This document shows positions 41,389 to 53,361 of a stretch of DNA of 64,000 bases, piece by piece; position 1 is the stretch's first letter, and each line of letters starts with the position of its first letter. Origin of the DNA: the human T2T-CHM13v2.0 reference genome, Homo sapiens; assembly GCF_009914755.1 (NCBI RefSeq), contig NC_060928.1, one strand, 5' to 3'. Both the position numbers and the translations under genes were made by a program. Below the pieces are notes generated by a model. The model was not told where the DNA came from. It was given only the letters and a program-made list of their open reading frames with translations, and made no database searches.

Positions 41389-44300
41389 CTCCTGAGAGGC
41401 TCAGCCCCAGGAAATGCCCCAAATGTGTCTTCTTGTAAGTTTACTGTCTGCATTCACTTTTGTGGCTGATATTACCACTTAGTGATATCCTGGCCATTTT
41501 TTTTTTAAGGCTTATACAATGCATGCCTGTTCTACATCAGAGCTTCAACATTATTTTGAAATGTTTTATTTAAAATACTTGATTGGGTTTGAAATATTTT
41601 TGCATTATCACAGGAAATTTAAAATTACTTTTAGTGACACTTTCAACTCTTGTAAAATTTGAAAGGCTGTATAAGTTTTAACATGTCTGATCATCTGCTT
41701 GTTTGAAAAAATTTTCACCAATGGAAACTATCAAGATTTTGAAAAGATTATGATTAAGACGTCTTGGTTAGGAATTGCACATTAGTCATTTAAAGCGTAA
41801 AACTTGGTAAAAAAGTTATAGTTACTGAAACAACCTAATTTTCTTATGAAAATGGCGGAACATTCTTCCTATAATATTGCCTCTGCAGCTGGAAAGTATA
41901 GCAAGTGGCATCCAGCCCCAAAAGCTCCAGTGAGGAGCATTAGGTCATATTTGCACAAAACTTAGTACTTACTCTTTTCCCGAACACTTTACATTTTATT
42001 TTTTATTTACATAATATTTAGGCAATGTAATTTTTATTTTTCTCACAAAACTTCATATGGGTACTCTTATTTCTGTCATTTCCCCCAAGGAATATAATAT
42101 TTGTAACTTTATTTGTGGAAAATAAGCTGGGAAGCATTTGGCTAGTGGAACTATGAATATCAAATCTTTCCTAAAACACAGTCACTATTCTGACCCAAGA
42201 ATTTCTTGAGAGGGATACACATATAAGTAATACTAGCAAAAGAACATGAAACATCACAGTATTAGCTGAGTTTATCTTCTAAGCCCCGTTGAAGAGTTCT
42301 CTGGTAAAATAAGTTGGAATACTTTGTTTCAGTCAGGACCTAAGGGAGGTGCATCATTAATCCATTTGAGATTTGAGAGACCCGTGAGAGTTAAATGTAA
42401 TTCTTCAATTACTGTGGCCACGAGGCAGAGTAAGAGCATGTGTAACTTTGCATTCACCGTAGCTCTGTCTCCTAAGTCACATCGTTCAATCTCTCCATTC
42501 AGATTGGCCTTTCTGCCTTGTAGTGGTGGTTTGGCAGCAGCAGTGGTGATGACAGGCAGCAAAGTGGTGGGCGAGGCCATGCAATACCATAGAAGCCTGT
42601 AGAATGGACTCCAGTGTGTTCTCAAAATTCAAGGGCAATGGATAGTAAACATTCTTTAAGAACTTCCTATTTTTCCCTTTCTGTTTTATTTGTATTACCT
42701 TTTCAAACTTGAAGTTTTCTAAATTGGATGGGCTTTTATTATTCCCAGAATGTGCTTCAGCAGTCACAATTATTTCATCATAACTTTGTCTTATGATTTA
42801 TATTGTAAAACAATAATATATAATGAATATTAGTTAACTAACTCCAATGCCTGTACATTCATCGGACTTTCTAGAATTAAGAAGAAATACAGAAATAATA
42901 TTTAATTTATATGAATCCTATAAATATTTAAATCAGCAACTAATGTAAACACAAACACATAGCTGCTGGAAACTCTCTCTTCTGACAAAAATTCAGAATA
43001 TCAATTAGAATCATTGTTTCTAAGAACTTTATACTGAATTTATTCCCCAGTTTTTATAGCTTAATAAGATTTTTCTATATCACTAGATTTTAGTTTTTGG
43101 CATGTATGTGGCAAGTTACAGTGCAGTGACGGGTTTTAAGTCACATTTTTAAATCAATTTACAAATAGAAAAGCTGTATTATATTCTGTTTTGGACAGAG
43201 ATGAAAACGACAGTACAAGCCAATTTTATGTGATATTTTTAATGGAGACTGAGGTAAACGTCTTGTGATTTAAAAGGCGCTTACAGAATTGTGTTAATCT
43301 GTCATGATGAGATGATACTTTTTGAAAGTTGCTTTTGTGTGAAAGTAATTTTATCAAGGAGACAGAGAATAAAGGTCATCTTAGAATATTCCCTGTAGAA
43401 AGAATAAAGAAGAATAAGTAAATATTATAGGGGCATAATCTTTCCTAATATGGAAGACAGTATATACAGCTAGAATGCTTGGACAGGTATTAAAAATGAA
43501 ATTGAAGTAAGAGATATCACATTATCTTGAGCTCTTTAAATTGAAAAGACATGGAGGAATTTGAACAAGAAAATGTCAGTGAATTCAAGTTCTCACCTTT
43601 CCTCCCCTCCTCCACCTTCATAAAACAAAAACAAGTCTGTTCTAGAAACAAGATACTTTAAGAATATAAAGCTCAAAAATAAATAAAAGAATAAAGGCTG
43701 ATATTAATGCAATCTTTGATTCAAAAACAAAATTGATATTACTTAAAAATATATTAACCTCTGTTCGTTCTGTAGATAGCCAAACAGGCAAGTAGGAATC
43801 CAATGAAAGCAGCCATAACAACATAACAAAATGCCCTTATTGGCTTGAAATTAAGCTTTGTTTTTTCCCCCCTTTGAATTCATTTGACTCTTGATAGCTA
43901 ATAGCACTTGAGAGTTAATGAGTATTTGGATTCATACAAATTAGGACATCTTGGTAAAACAGCAAAGCATGAAGAATTTTTAAAAATAGTTCTCCTAAGT
44001 TTCTTTTTAGCATGTTAAAGCAGAAGGAAGTCTGAGGGCAGATTTCCCAGTTAATGACTAGATATCAAGGCTTTCCCTAGAAGCTAAAGGCATGTTAATG
44101 TGTTTTTTTCAATCAGCATATTTCTTGGTTTATTGTTTATCTCCATGCAGCTGCATTAAAAAAGTTCATTGAGAAGATCTACAAATAATGTTCCTACAAA
44201 CCACACAGACAGTGGTGCCAGACCAGTACAACTTTTCACTAGGAAAACAGCTAAAGCATTTCAGTCCTGACAAAACATCTGAAAAACTCTACTCTGGGCT

Positions 44301-44467
44301 CATTTTAAAGTTCATCTTTTGCAAGAGCCACAAATGCTTCCACAAGAGGGTTATATATTTGATCAGTCCATTTGGAGAATTACATCAAACTCTACTATAA
44401 TCTTTTTTCAAAAAAACTTTTTCCTTCCTACTTGGGTTTTAATATTTATAGATGAGGAGGCTTCTAT

Positions 44468-44474
<7 letters not shown>

Positions 44475-44522
<48 letters not shown>

Positions 44523-44544
44523 TGTCTGTCTGTCTGTCTGTCTG
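44475..44544. repeat. (TG)n followed by (TCTG)n
   Basis: Direct inspection. Confidence 0.95.
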
Positions 44545-44959
44545 AGGGGGAGTACTAAATGCAGGAATAGTGTTTTAAGAATGTGTCATAGTATGGAATT
44601 CTAAGGACCCTTGAGTACTAAACCTTAGATACCAGGAAATAACACCCAGGGATTTTTTTTTCCTGTGAAACCAGTTTTTCTTCTGTTTTTCTCAATCTTT
44701 CCAACAGCTTTCTCTGCTCATTGTCATTATAAGTGACTGTCAGCCTGAATTGCGCACCACTCTTCCCCTCCAGAGCACCAACAACCAACTGGTACTTGCC
44801 TTCTCGCCTCTTAGTTCAGATTTCTAAGAAAGGAAATTTAATCCCCATTGGGTTAGGTAAATATCCTTTATCTAATTACTCATGTCACTAGTCATTCCCT
44901 GGCCCAGGGCCCACACAGTAGCAACTGTGTAACAGAGGCAATACTAGGAATACCTATTA

Positions 44960-45625
44960 TAGGGGTGAGAATAAAGTTCTGTGGAGCATGTAGGGGGATT
45001 GTCTATTTGGTGGGTTAGAGAAGGTGCCCCTGAAGATAAAGTGGCCTCTAAGCTGCAACCTAACAGACAAGTAGTAGTTTGCCAAGCACAGAAATGGAAG
45101 AAGAAAGATACTATTCTGAGTAGACGAAACAGCAACACAAGGGCCTAGTTCAGGATGATTGAAACATAGAAGTCCCAAGGATAATTTCTAGATATCAGTC
45201 TAGTAATGATCTGGAGAAGTGGTCAGAGATCTGGTCAGGAAGAACACAATGGTATAACACTGTGAGGAGTTTGAAATTTTCCTGATGGTAGTGAGGGAAA
45301 AATTAAGTTGATCTTAGAGGAATTAAGCAAGGAGTGACACATTTGAAGAATTAACCAAAACAGTCTTCAAGACCAATGGAGTGTTCATCATGTTGATGCA
45401 GATAGATAAGAAATAGACGAGTCTGTTCTATTGGTGGGTCTGACTCAAGGAGTGAGTGATAGTAGTGATGATGATGGCCAAATAACAGGACTTAGATATT
45501 CATTGCACATGTGAGTAAGACAGAGGGAAAACCCAAAGGAGAAAACCAAGTATCTGGCTTGAGAGATTGCATTATATATGAGTGTACCATTTACTGAGAT
45601 AAGAAAGACAGGAGGAGATGGAGAA
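44960..45625 (-). mobile_element. L2 fragments
   Basis: Purine-rich antisense L2 motifs (ggttagagaagg...gaagataaagtgg, gtaccatttactgagataagaaagacaggaggag). Confidence 0.55.
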
Positions 45626-46893
45626 TGTAGGCAAGGAATAATGATGTTGTTAACCAACCATTTACTGATTGAACAGAAACCCAACTTTCTGGCCCCAAAT
45701 TTAAGGACGCATAACTTAAATACAATATACAAATCTGAAAAAAAAACTAAACTAAAAATGTTATGTGTTTAGCATAAGTGATTCTTAATAAAAAAATAAT
45801 AACTGGTAGCCTTATTATTTGTTAGGCATCTTCTTTTGGCCCAGATGTGATAAGATGTCCAGAAACATTAAGGATATCTGCTAGGATTTTCATTCAATCG
45901 TTCCTTCTACTTCCCAGTAATACCTAGCAGGGATATAGTGGAGCCAAGATTGGTTCTGAATTTTGAGCTTTGCTGTCTTTCCAGGCCTAGATATATTTGA
46001 CATTCATTCAGTTCTTAGTACAATGTTCCAATGCAAAATTTGGAGAAGCAGGAGACCACTCTGCCCATATTTGCTCTCATTAATAATGTAACATAGCACA
46101 CACTTCAGTAAAATAATAACAAAGAGTAATCTCCCTGTGTCTTTTGAGAATGCCTCAAAAATGAACCTTGATTAATCTCTTGCCTAATTATAACTGGTTA
46201 TTAAATAGCATAACCCTTGATGACAGTGTAAAGTGATGCTTTATCTTGAAAAAATGGTTAATGTTCTCATTGATTAAGACTCTTGAAAATAAAAGCTGTG
46301 ATCAAAAAGGAAGTGCTTTCAAAGTTGAAGATCCAAGACCACAATTGCCAAGCTTACATAATTTTACGTACGATGATGTAATAAACTGTTAGGAGCAGGA
46401 AAAGGGTGGCAAAACCTCATTTGTTGGTTTGCTTGTAACACCATGATTTGAGAATAGAGGGAGCCAGTTCTTTTGCACATTATGAGATCACTAACTAGAG
46501 AAGTCATTCACACTGGGCTAAATGATGAACACAAAGGTAAATGTAGGCTGCTTTAAAACCTGTAAGCCAGAAGGCCTACATCTAGTTTAACAAAGTTAGT
46601 AGGAAGCACTTTTCTCTCTTGCTCCAAATCACATCACCTCACGTCTTATCCTTCAGCCACATGGAGGTTGCGTCAATTTACCAGACGAACATGCTTGCCA
46701 ATATACCTTTGGCAAATATTATCTTTGCTGGTCGGAATGTCCTATAGACCACCTAACTCCTCTTCAACTCAGCTTAAACATTTGTTGTAGCATTGAATCC
46801 AAGTGATTTTCCCCCACTTTCACTCATCCATAGCCTTATTCCTGACAGAACAATTTCTATTCTCCTGATTTTGAATTTGACTGGTCTGAAAAT

Positions 46894-46945
46894 TGTGCGT
46901 GTGTGTGTGTGTGTGTCTGTGTGTATGTACGTGTGCTTGTGCATG
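46894..46945. repeat. (TG)n imperfect
   Basis: Direct inspection. Confidence 0.8.
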
Positions 46946-48369
46946 CATATGAGACGATGATGAGTAATCCTTCTGGCATCTTCTCATGTTCTTACTTTCC
47001 TTACTCCTAAACTTTTGGAAAACATGGTTCTAATTTTGTTACTACATTATAGTCTGAAGTGTGTAGGTGAAGTCTAGGAATTTGTGGGGAAGTATGAAGA
47101 TGAAAGATATTTTAACAGAAGAACAGGGATCAATTTTGCTACAGCAACGGAAAACTCTTACAAGTTCAGCCTTTTGGATGTATCTCTTTGCTGCAGGAGA
47201 ATAATATAATGTGGCTTTTAGAGTGCTGTGTTAGCTGCCTTCTTCTATATGACACTGTAATATTATTTCAGGTAAAATCCCCTGTTCACATTTATTTATG
47301 TCTTTCAGTGAGGTTTGCCATTTTAGACAAGACTTAGAGTCTAATTGATATGCATAATACGTTCTTTGCACATCACTGTTCAGAATTCTTATGTGCATCT
47401 AGGGTCAGTCATATTCTTATTTTATGTGGGAAGAAAGGTAATAGGCCTCTAGGGAAATAGGTCAGTTATTGAGATTTTTTTTAAATGCTTGGTAGCCCTA
47501 AAGATAATTTCAAAGAATTTCTTTAAGACCCTGTTTTTCTCCTAAATGGTATAAATACCAGAAGGATGTATCCAATTGAAAATAAATGTGCGAGCTTGAC
47601 CTTCAAGTATTTCCAGAATAGTATAAGCTCAGTCTTTTTTTCTATTGGTGTAAATTACAATTTATATTCCCTCTTTAAAAAGCATGTGAGTAGCTTTTCA
47701 AAATACTTACAGAAATTATACTTTTGACTATTGAATTTTTTCACAAAGAGTATGAATAACTAGAAAATAGGTGCTAAACTTTGACACTTAGTGCTCAAAA
47801 CATTTTGGTTTAAAATTTAATTAAGAATGTGCTTTAAATTGTTTCATTAAACTATTGAGCATCTGCCATGTTCAAAGTATTATATGTGTGTTCCAAAGGA
47901 GCAAATTTTATACAATGACAGATACTTCTCAGAATAAGTCAATTACTAGGAAATATCTTCCTTTTTCTTCTCTATCCCCTTACCTAAAACAATGTGTGGT
48001 ATAATAAAGATCTGAAGTGTATCCCAGATACAAAGAGGAAACTTACGTTATATTTATAGAAGCGTTAACACAAAATTCAGGTGAAAAGAAAGGGCAAGTC
48101 AGATGATGTCCATAAAACATCAAACTTTCGTAGACTGCCTTATGCTCCTGTTTTTAGAATCTGCATTTCCCATTTATGTAAGTCTCCAGTACAGAAATGC
48201 AGAAATTTGGCCAGGTGTTCTAACTTATTCTTTCTTTCATATATACAATTAATTAAATTGATGATTTTTTTTCTAATTCTTACTGCTTAAGGAGCTATTT
48301 CTTTTTCTTGGTTATTAGGCATATCTTTAATTCTTCTTCACTACTTTATTTTTACTGCTGCAAAGATGC

Positions 48370-48580
48370 TACTAGTATGGAATTGCAGTAAATGGGCTTT
48401 GAAGTCAGATTTGTTTCAGTCTCAGCTTTACTGTTTACTAACTATCTTACCCAAGTCCAGGGACTTATATTCTTAAAATCTTGTTATCACATCTCTAAAG
48501 TGTGATATAAAAATGCATATATTGTAGTGATGTTGTGAAATGGTAAAGCATGTGGTTCCTGAGACCTAGTAAGTGTTCCC
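48370..48580 (+). mobile_element. MIR (degenerate)
   Basis: gggctttgaagtcaga...ctcagctttactgtttactaact...cacatctctaaagtg. Confidence 0.55.
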
Positions 48581-48829
48581 CACTACTGTTTATCCCTTTT
48601 TTTGACTTTCTGTTTTATAATAATCAAAACAGAGATATATAATGGAAGATCCATGAAAAATGTTTAATAAATTCATTTATTGTTAATATAGCTGTATGGA
48701 TTGGGGAAAAGCAAAATAATTTTTGAAAATACTGGCTTTATATTTTGGGCACATTCAAGGGTTCGTAGCTTGGGTAACTGAACATTGATTATAAACGTTT
48801 GGGAGAGACAGTAATTTAATTCATATATT

Positions 48830-49930
48830 TCTTGTGCCTACAACATCTATGGTACCCTTTATAAGGTTGTTCCTTTCCTCAAGGACTTTGCAATCTGTTG
48901 CTAGCAAGAGAAAGAATAGGTAAACCAGAAATGCAGTCAACTCTATGATTTGGTGGAATACGGTGTCAGTTAAATGCTGTCATATTTTAAAGAAGAAGGA
49001 AATGACATTCCTGGTATGAGATGGAGATAAACGAGAAAGGAGGATTGATAAAGCTCTTTTAGATAAGGTAGTATTTTAATTAACTCTTGAGAAAAAATTC
49101 CTAGGATAATTTGCAAGCATAGATGAGAGGTAGTAGAGGAGGGTGTTCCAGAGAACTGAGTTATGTGAATAAAATTACAGTGGGAGAGAATTATGACATT
49201 TTTATGAAATGTCAAATAGTCTAATTTAACCAACAACAAGAACACGGGGAAAGAAATAGTGAGACAGGAAGTTTGAAAGGCAGTTTGTAGCTACCTTAGA
49301 AGGGGGTCTTAAATGTCAGGGTGAGACTCTGTACATAATTGTGTCTGTAGTGGGGATTCTTTGGAAGCTTCTAATTAGAGTTGCAGTTTAGAACCTGCTA
49401 CAATTGTGTGGGAAAAGTTAGGATAGAGTGGGACTTAAAAGTAGAGAGCTCAGTTAGGTTATTGCCATAGGGCAGAAGGTAATGAGTGTCTGAACTGGGG
49501 AGATAGCAATGGGGATGGAAAGAAGAGGAATGATGTGAGAGATGCACAGATAGTACTACTGGGCTACTAATTGGATGCAAGAGGTGAGGTCGAGGGAAGA
49601 ATCAAAGATGCTGAGGTGACTGGGTGGTACCATTCACAAAATTAGGATGTCAAGAGGGAGCATTGCCTTTTCAGGAAAAAAATAATGGTGAAGTTGGTCT
49701 TAGATATATTGATTTAGAGGTGCAAATGTGAAGCAGATTCTAAAAATGTGAATCTTTGTCAAGAGAAAAGCGATCATTAGTGATAAAAGTTGGCAATTTC
49801 TGACAGAGCTGATAAAGAGATTGATTGGGGATGATGAGATTGCCGAAGCAGGGGAGGGACAAGGAGGGATGCTGGGGACGCACTTACCTTTAGAGAAGGA
49901 AAAAATGCAAGCCATTGAGGGTGATCAAGA
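48830..49930 (-). mobile_element. L2 fragment
   Basis: ttaggttattgccatag...gggatggaaagaag...gaatcaaagatg...gactgggtggtaccattcac. Confidence 0.6.
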
Positions 49931-50340
49931 CATGGGTTGATACAATTGGTAAACTGAAGTGAAGTTCCATACTTTTCTTACGCTTCGCCCCTTGGCCAGC
50001 CTCTGCTAATGCTAATCCACAGAAAGTTCATACAGATGTAATAGGGTGATCACCGAGCATGAGCTAAGTGGATGAGAAAATGATTGGTTTTGATTCTCAC
50101 TGATAAATTACTGACTCAATGACCTTTCATAAATCCCATATTTTTAAGGAGAGCAAGTAGTAGAGGATTAGACTTGTGAGTTTTATGTGATAGAAATGAG
50201 GAAATATGACTAAGTTTAGTGATTTTGCTCCATTTTGAAATTGTTATACTTTTTTTTTTTGCTTTTGATCATTGGTTAATTGTAAATCATTAGGCTAAAG
50301 TAGTGTTGGAGTGAACACAAATTGGAAGACTAATACACTT

Positions 50341-50637
50341 GGCTGGGCATGATGGTTCATGCCTATAATCTTAACACTATGGGAGGTCAAGAAGGGAAGA
50401 ACACTTGAGGCCAGAAGTTTGAAACCAGCCTAGGTAACATAGTGAGACCCTGTCTTTATAAAAGAAAAAAAATAGCTGGGTATGGTGGTGCATCCCTGCA
50501 GTCCCAGGTAATCAAGAGTCTGCATTTGAGCCCAGGAGTTTGAGGTGGCAGTGAGCTATGATTGTGCCACTGCAATTTAGCCTGGGCAACAGAGTAAGAC
50601 CCTACCTCAAAAAATAAATAAATACATAAATAAATAA
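50341..50637 (+). mobile_element. AluJ
   Basis: Diverged Alu with gagcccaggagtttgagg and (TAAA)n tail. Confidence 0.88.
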
Positions 50638-51871
50638 GTTTAAAATGTTTAATTCGAGGAATGTTGTAATACCTTATGAGATAAGTAGAGAAACACTGGG
50701 ATATTTTTGAATCAGTAAGTAGATGAATATAAATATATTTTCAAATAGTCTATAGCAAAAACAAAGTGAAGACTTTAAAAAAGTCATTTTAAAATTCAAA
50801 AATTACACTATGGCCGAAATATTTGTCATGAGTGATACATTTATTGAAACTAGCCTTGAAATATGAAAAAGTAAGTTAACATTATTTGCGACACATTTTT
50901 TAGACATAGAAATATTTATATTCATCTTTATTTCTGCCAAGAAGTAAATACATTAGTACTTTCGTAATTTAAAAATATCAGGAATTCAAAAATATATAGA
51001 TTTCTCAATTTTATTGAAAACTTCTTATAAATGTATTTCCATAGTTTCACATCTGAAAGAAAAAATATACCATTCTGTCCATCTAATGCTTAAAAATTTC
51101 ATTTCATTTATATTAAATAATGTAATTATGTCTAATGGGAGATAATCTAGCAGAATTATTTGAATGGTCTGTGAAGGTATATATTTTGTTGATTTATTTC
51201 TTACCTTTATGTTATTTCTCAAATTCTTTGTCATCCTTAAAGAAACAGCTATAGCAACATAGTATTACTGAAAAGGTACTTGTGTGAAACCTATTATTGT
51301 ATTTCTCCCATCTTTAATTGACATATATACACATATGTACATATCCATAAATTTATATATAATTGTTGCATATATGCAATTTAAACAAGTTAGAAATGTT
51401 TAGGTGACTCATGGATAGAAGTCTACTTTAGATTAACTGTGAATGCCCCTTAGGTTTTTGTTGTAGTTCAGAGAATCCTCCATTGGGAATTTTTGTAAGA
51501 TGTTGATGTAAATTAAAAGAATATTATTTTTAATTGAAAATTTCAAGTCTTGCTTTTGGTTTTTGTTTTTAATGCTATGAAATGTATTCACTTTTTTTCC
51601 ATTAACAAGATTGTGGCGTAGACTTTGAGTTATAGAGCAATATAGCGAGGAGACAATAAGGTAAGAGCTTTAAAACTAAGCATAACTTAAAACCCTCTCA
51701 TTGACTGGGCCTTCCCACTTTAACAGCATCATATCATACAGTTCCTGGTGCCTCCACTGTGTTCAAACTCCACTTTTCTTGGTTTCGTTCTCTCACCACC
51801 ATGCCCTTTCCTCTCTTTTGTTGTCATTCTAACCTCCAGTCATCTTTTAGTTCTTGGCACTTGGGGTGTGA

Positions 51872-52100
51872 AGCAGTGTAATTTAGTGATTAAGAAGATA
51901 GATGCTTGGTCCACAATGCCGGCTGTCCAATCATGACTCACTTGAAAGATGTGTGACCTCACCATGCTTCGGTTCCCTCATTTTTCAAATAGAAATAATA
52001 ACGGTCATAACTCATAGGATTGTTGTGAGTATTACATGAGTTAATTCACATCAATTACTTAGAAAAATTCTATCACTTGCAGCAAGCCATCAGTGTTAGT
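51872..52100 (+). mobile_element. MIR
   Basis: tgtgtgacct...cggttccctcattttt...ctcataggattgttgtgagtattacatgagttaat. Confidence 0.65.
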
Positions 52101-53231
52101 GATTCTATTCTTCTCTCTTTTCTCTGTTTTATTCTGTTCTATGTTCTCTGTGTCACTTCCTCTGGGAAGTCTTTCTCAGTCTCTGGAGGTTGGAATATGA
52201 CAACACTATCATACCTAGTATGTTTCCTTATCTGTTTTTCTCCTTGGACTCTGTTTAAGAACAGAGGATATATCTTTCATCTTTACACCCCAGACACCCA
52301 GAATTGAGCATGCTGTGTAGAAGGTACTCACAATTGTTGAATGAGTAAATAAATTAATAGGATTTTGGAGATACGTGCCACCATATGGGGATTTATATAG
52401 ATTCAACAATAGCCTACCATACTGAGTAAGCTCTAGTAGAAGCTAGGAAATTGAAAGGCTAAGAGACCAAGGTGCCATAATTCTAGAATCATGTCATTTG
52501 TTTATTCTCTAGCCAGAGGCAAGGATGCAGATGGGGGTAGGTTTACACAATTAGGATAGGAATCCATGAGGTGGAAGGGCCACACTTCCTTAATTTTGTT
52601 TTATGCCATGCTGCAATATCAAAATTCACTTTCTGTCGCATCAGCTATTTCTGCTGATGGTGTGCTTACAAAGACCAGATATGCAAGGAAGCTCAATAGC
52701 TGGAAGGTGCCTAGAGGTAGTAGCACAAGGCTTACTCTGTTGGAGAGATACTGGGACTCAGACACCTAGCCACAGCTGTAGTTCACTGATATAACCTGGT
52801 GAGCTACTAAGGCTATCTGAGTTTTTCAAGCAGAGAACTCATTATGGTCATAATGATGCCATAATGGATGTCACTAAAGGAGACAGATTTAGAGTCAATG
52901 AATAACAATCTGGAAGTGATATGATCTGGGCTTTATGAATATTCAAAATTTATGGTCTTTTCATGTTTTTCTAAGTGACAGTCTTACTTGTTCCATTCTT
53001 GTTATTGATGTTCAGCAGAACTGTATTTTATAATATGTCTGTAGCTTACTAAGTTACTCTCTATTCTAAGTACATCTTATGAGTTCTGGATATGTTTCCC
53101 AAGCTACTTGTCTATCCAGTATGTATATTTAACACATAAGTTTTAGCTAATGCCTTTTGTTTCTTTTAACCTACAGCAGACTGGATATTCTCAATTAAAA
53201 CAGCAAACACTATATTACATGTATTATAGTT

Positions 53232-53361
53232 AGGCTAACCATATGTTCTAGTTTGCTTAGAGAGACTCAGTTTACACCTGCTATTCTGCAGTAATCCTTA
53301 ATAGTGTCTTCTTTCACTCCCAAAGTGTCCTGATTTGGGTGATAATTTATATAATCACCTT
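53232..53361 (-). mobile_element. MER94-like non-autonomous hAT DNA transposon
   Basis: ~130 bp, aggctaaccatatg...ctttcactcccaaagtgtcc...tataatcacct; matches my recollection of the MER94 consensus with decayed terminal inverted repeats. Confidence 0.7.

Noticed and set aside
41030-41453. Minus-strand ORFs over the GC island
   Set aside because: Expected by-product of GC-rich coding sequence; no recognisable protein.
41098-41469. 123-aa ORF as a standalone gene
   Set aside because: It is the ADGRL3 cassette-exon frame extended into flanking intron; splice sites delimit 41138-41341.
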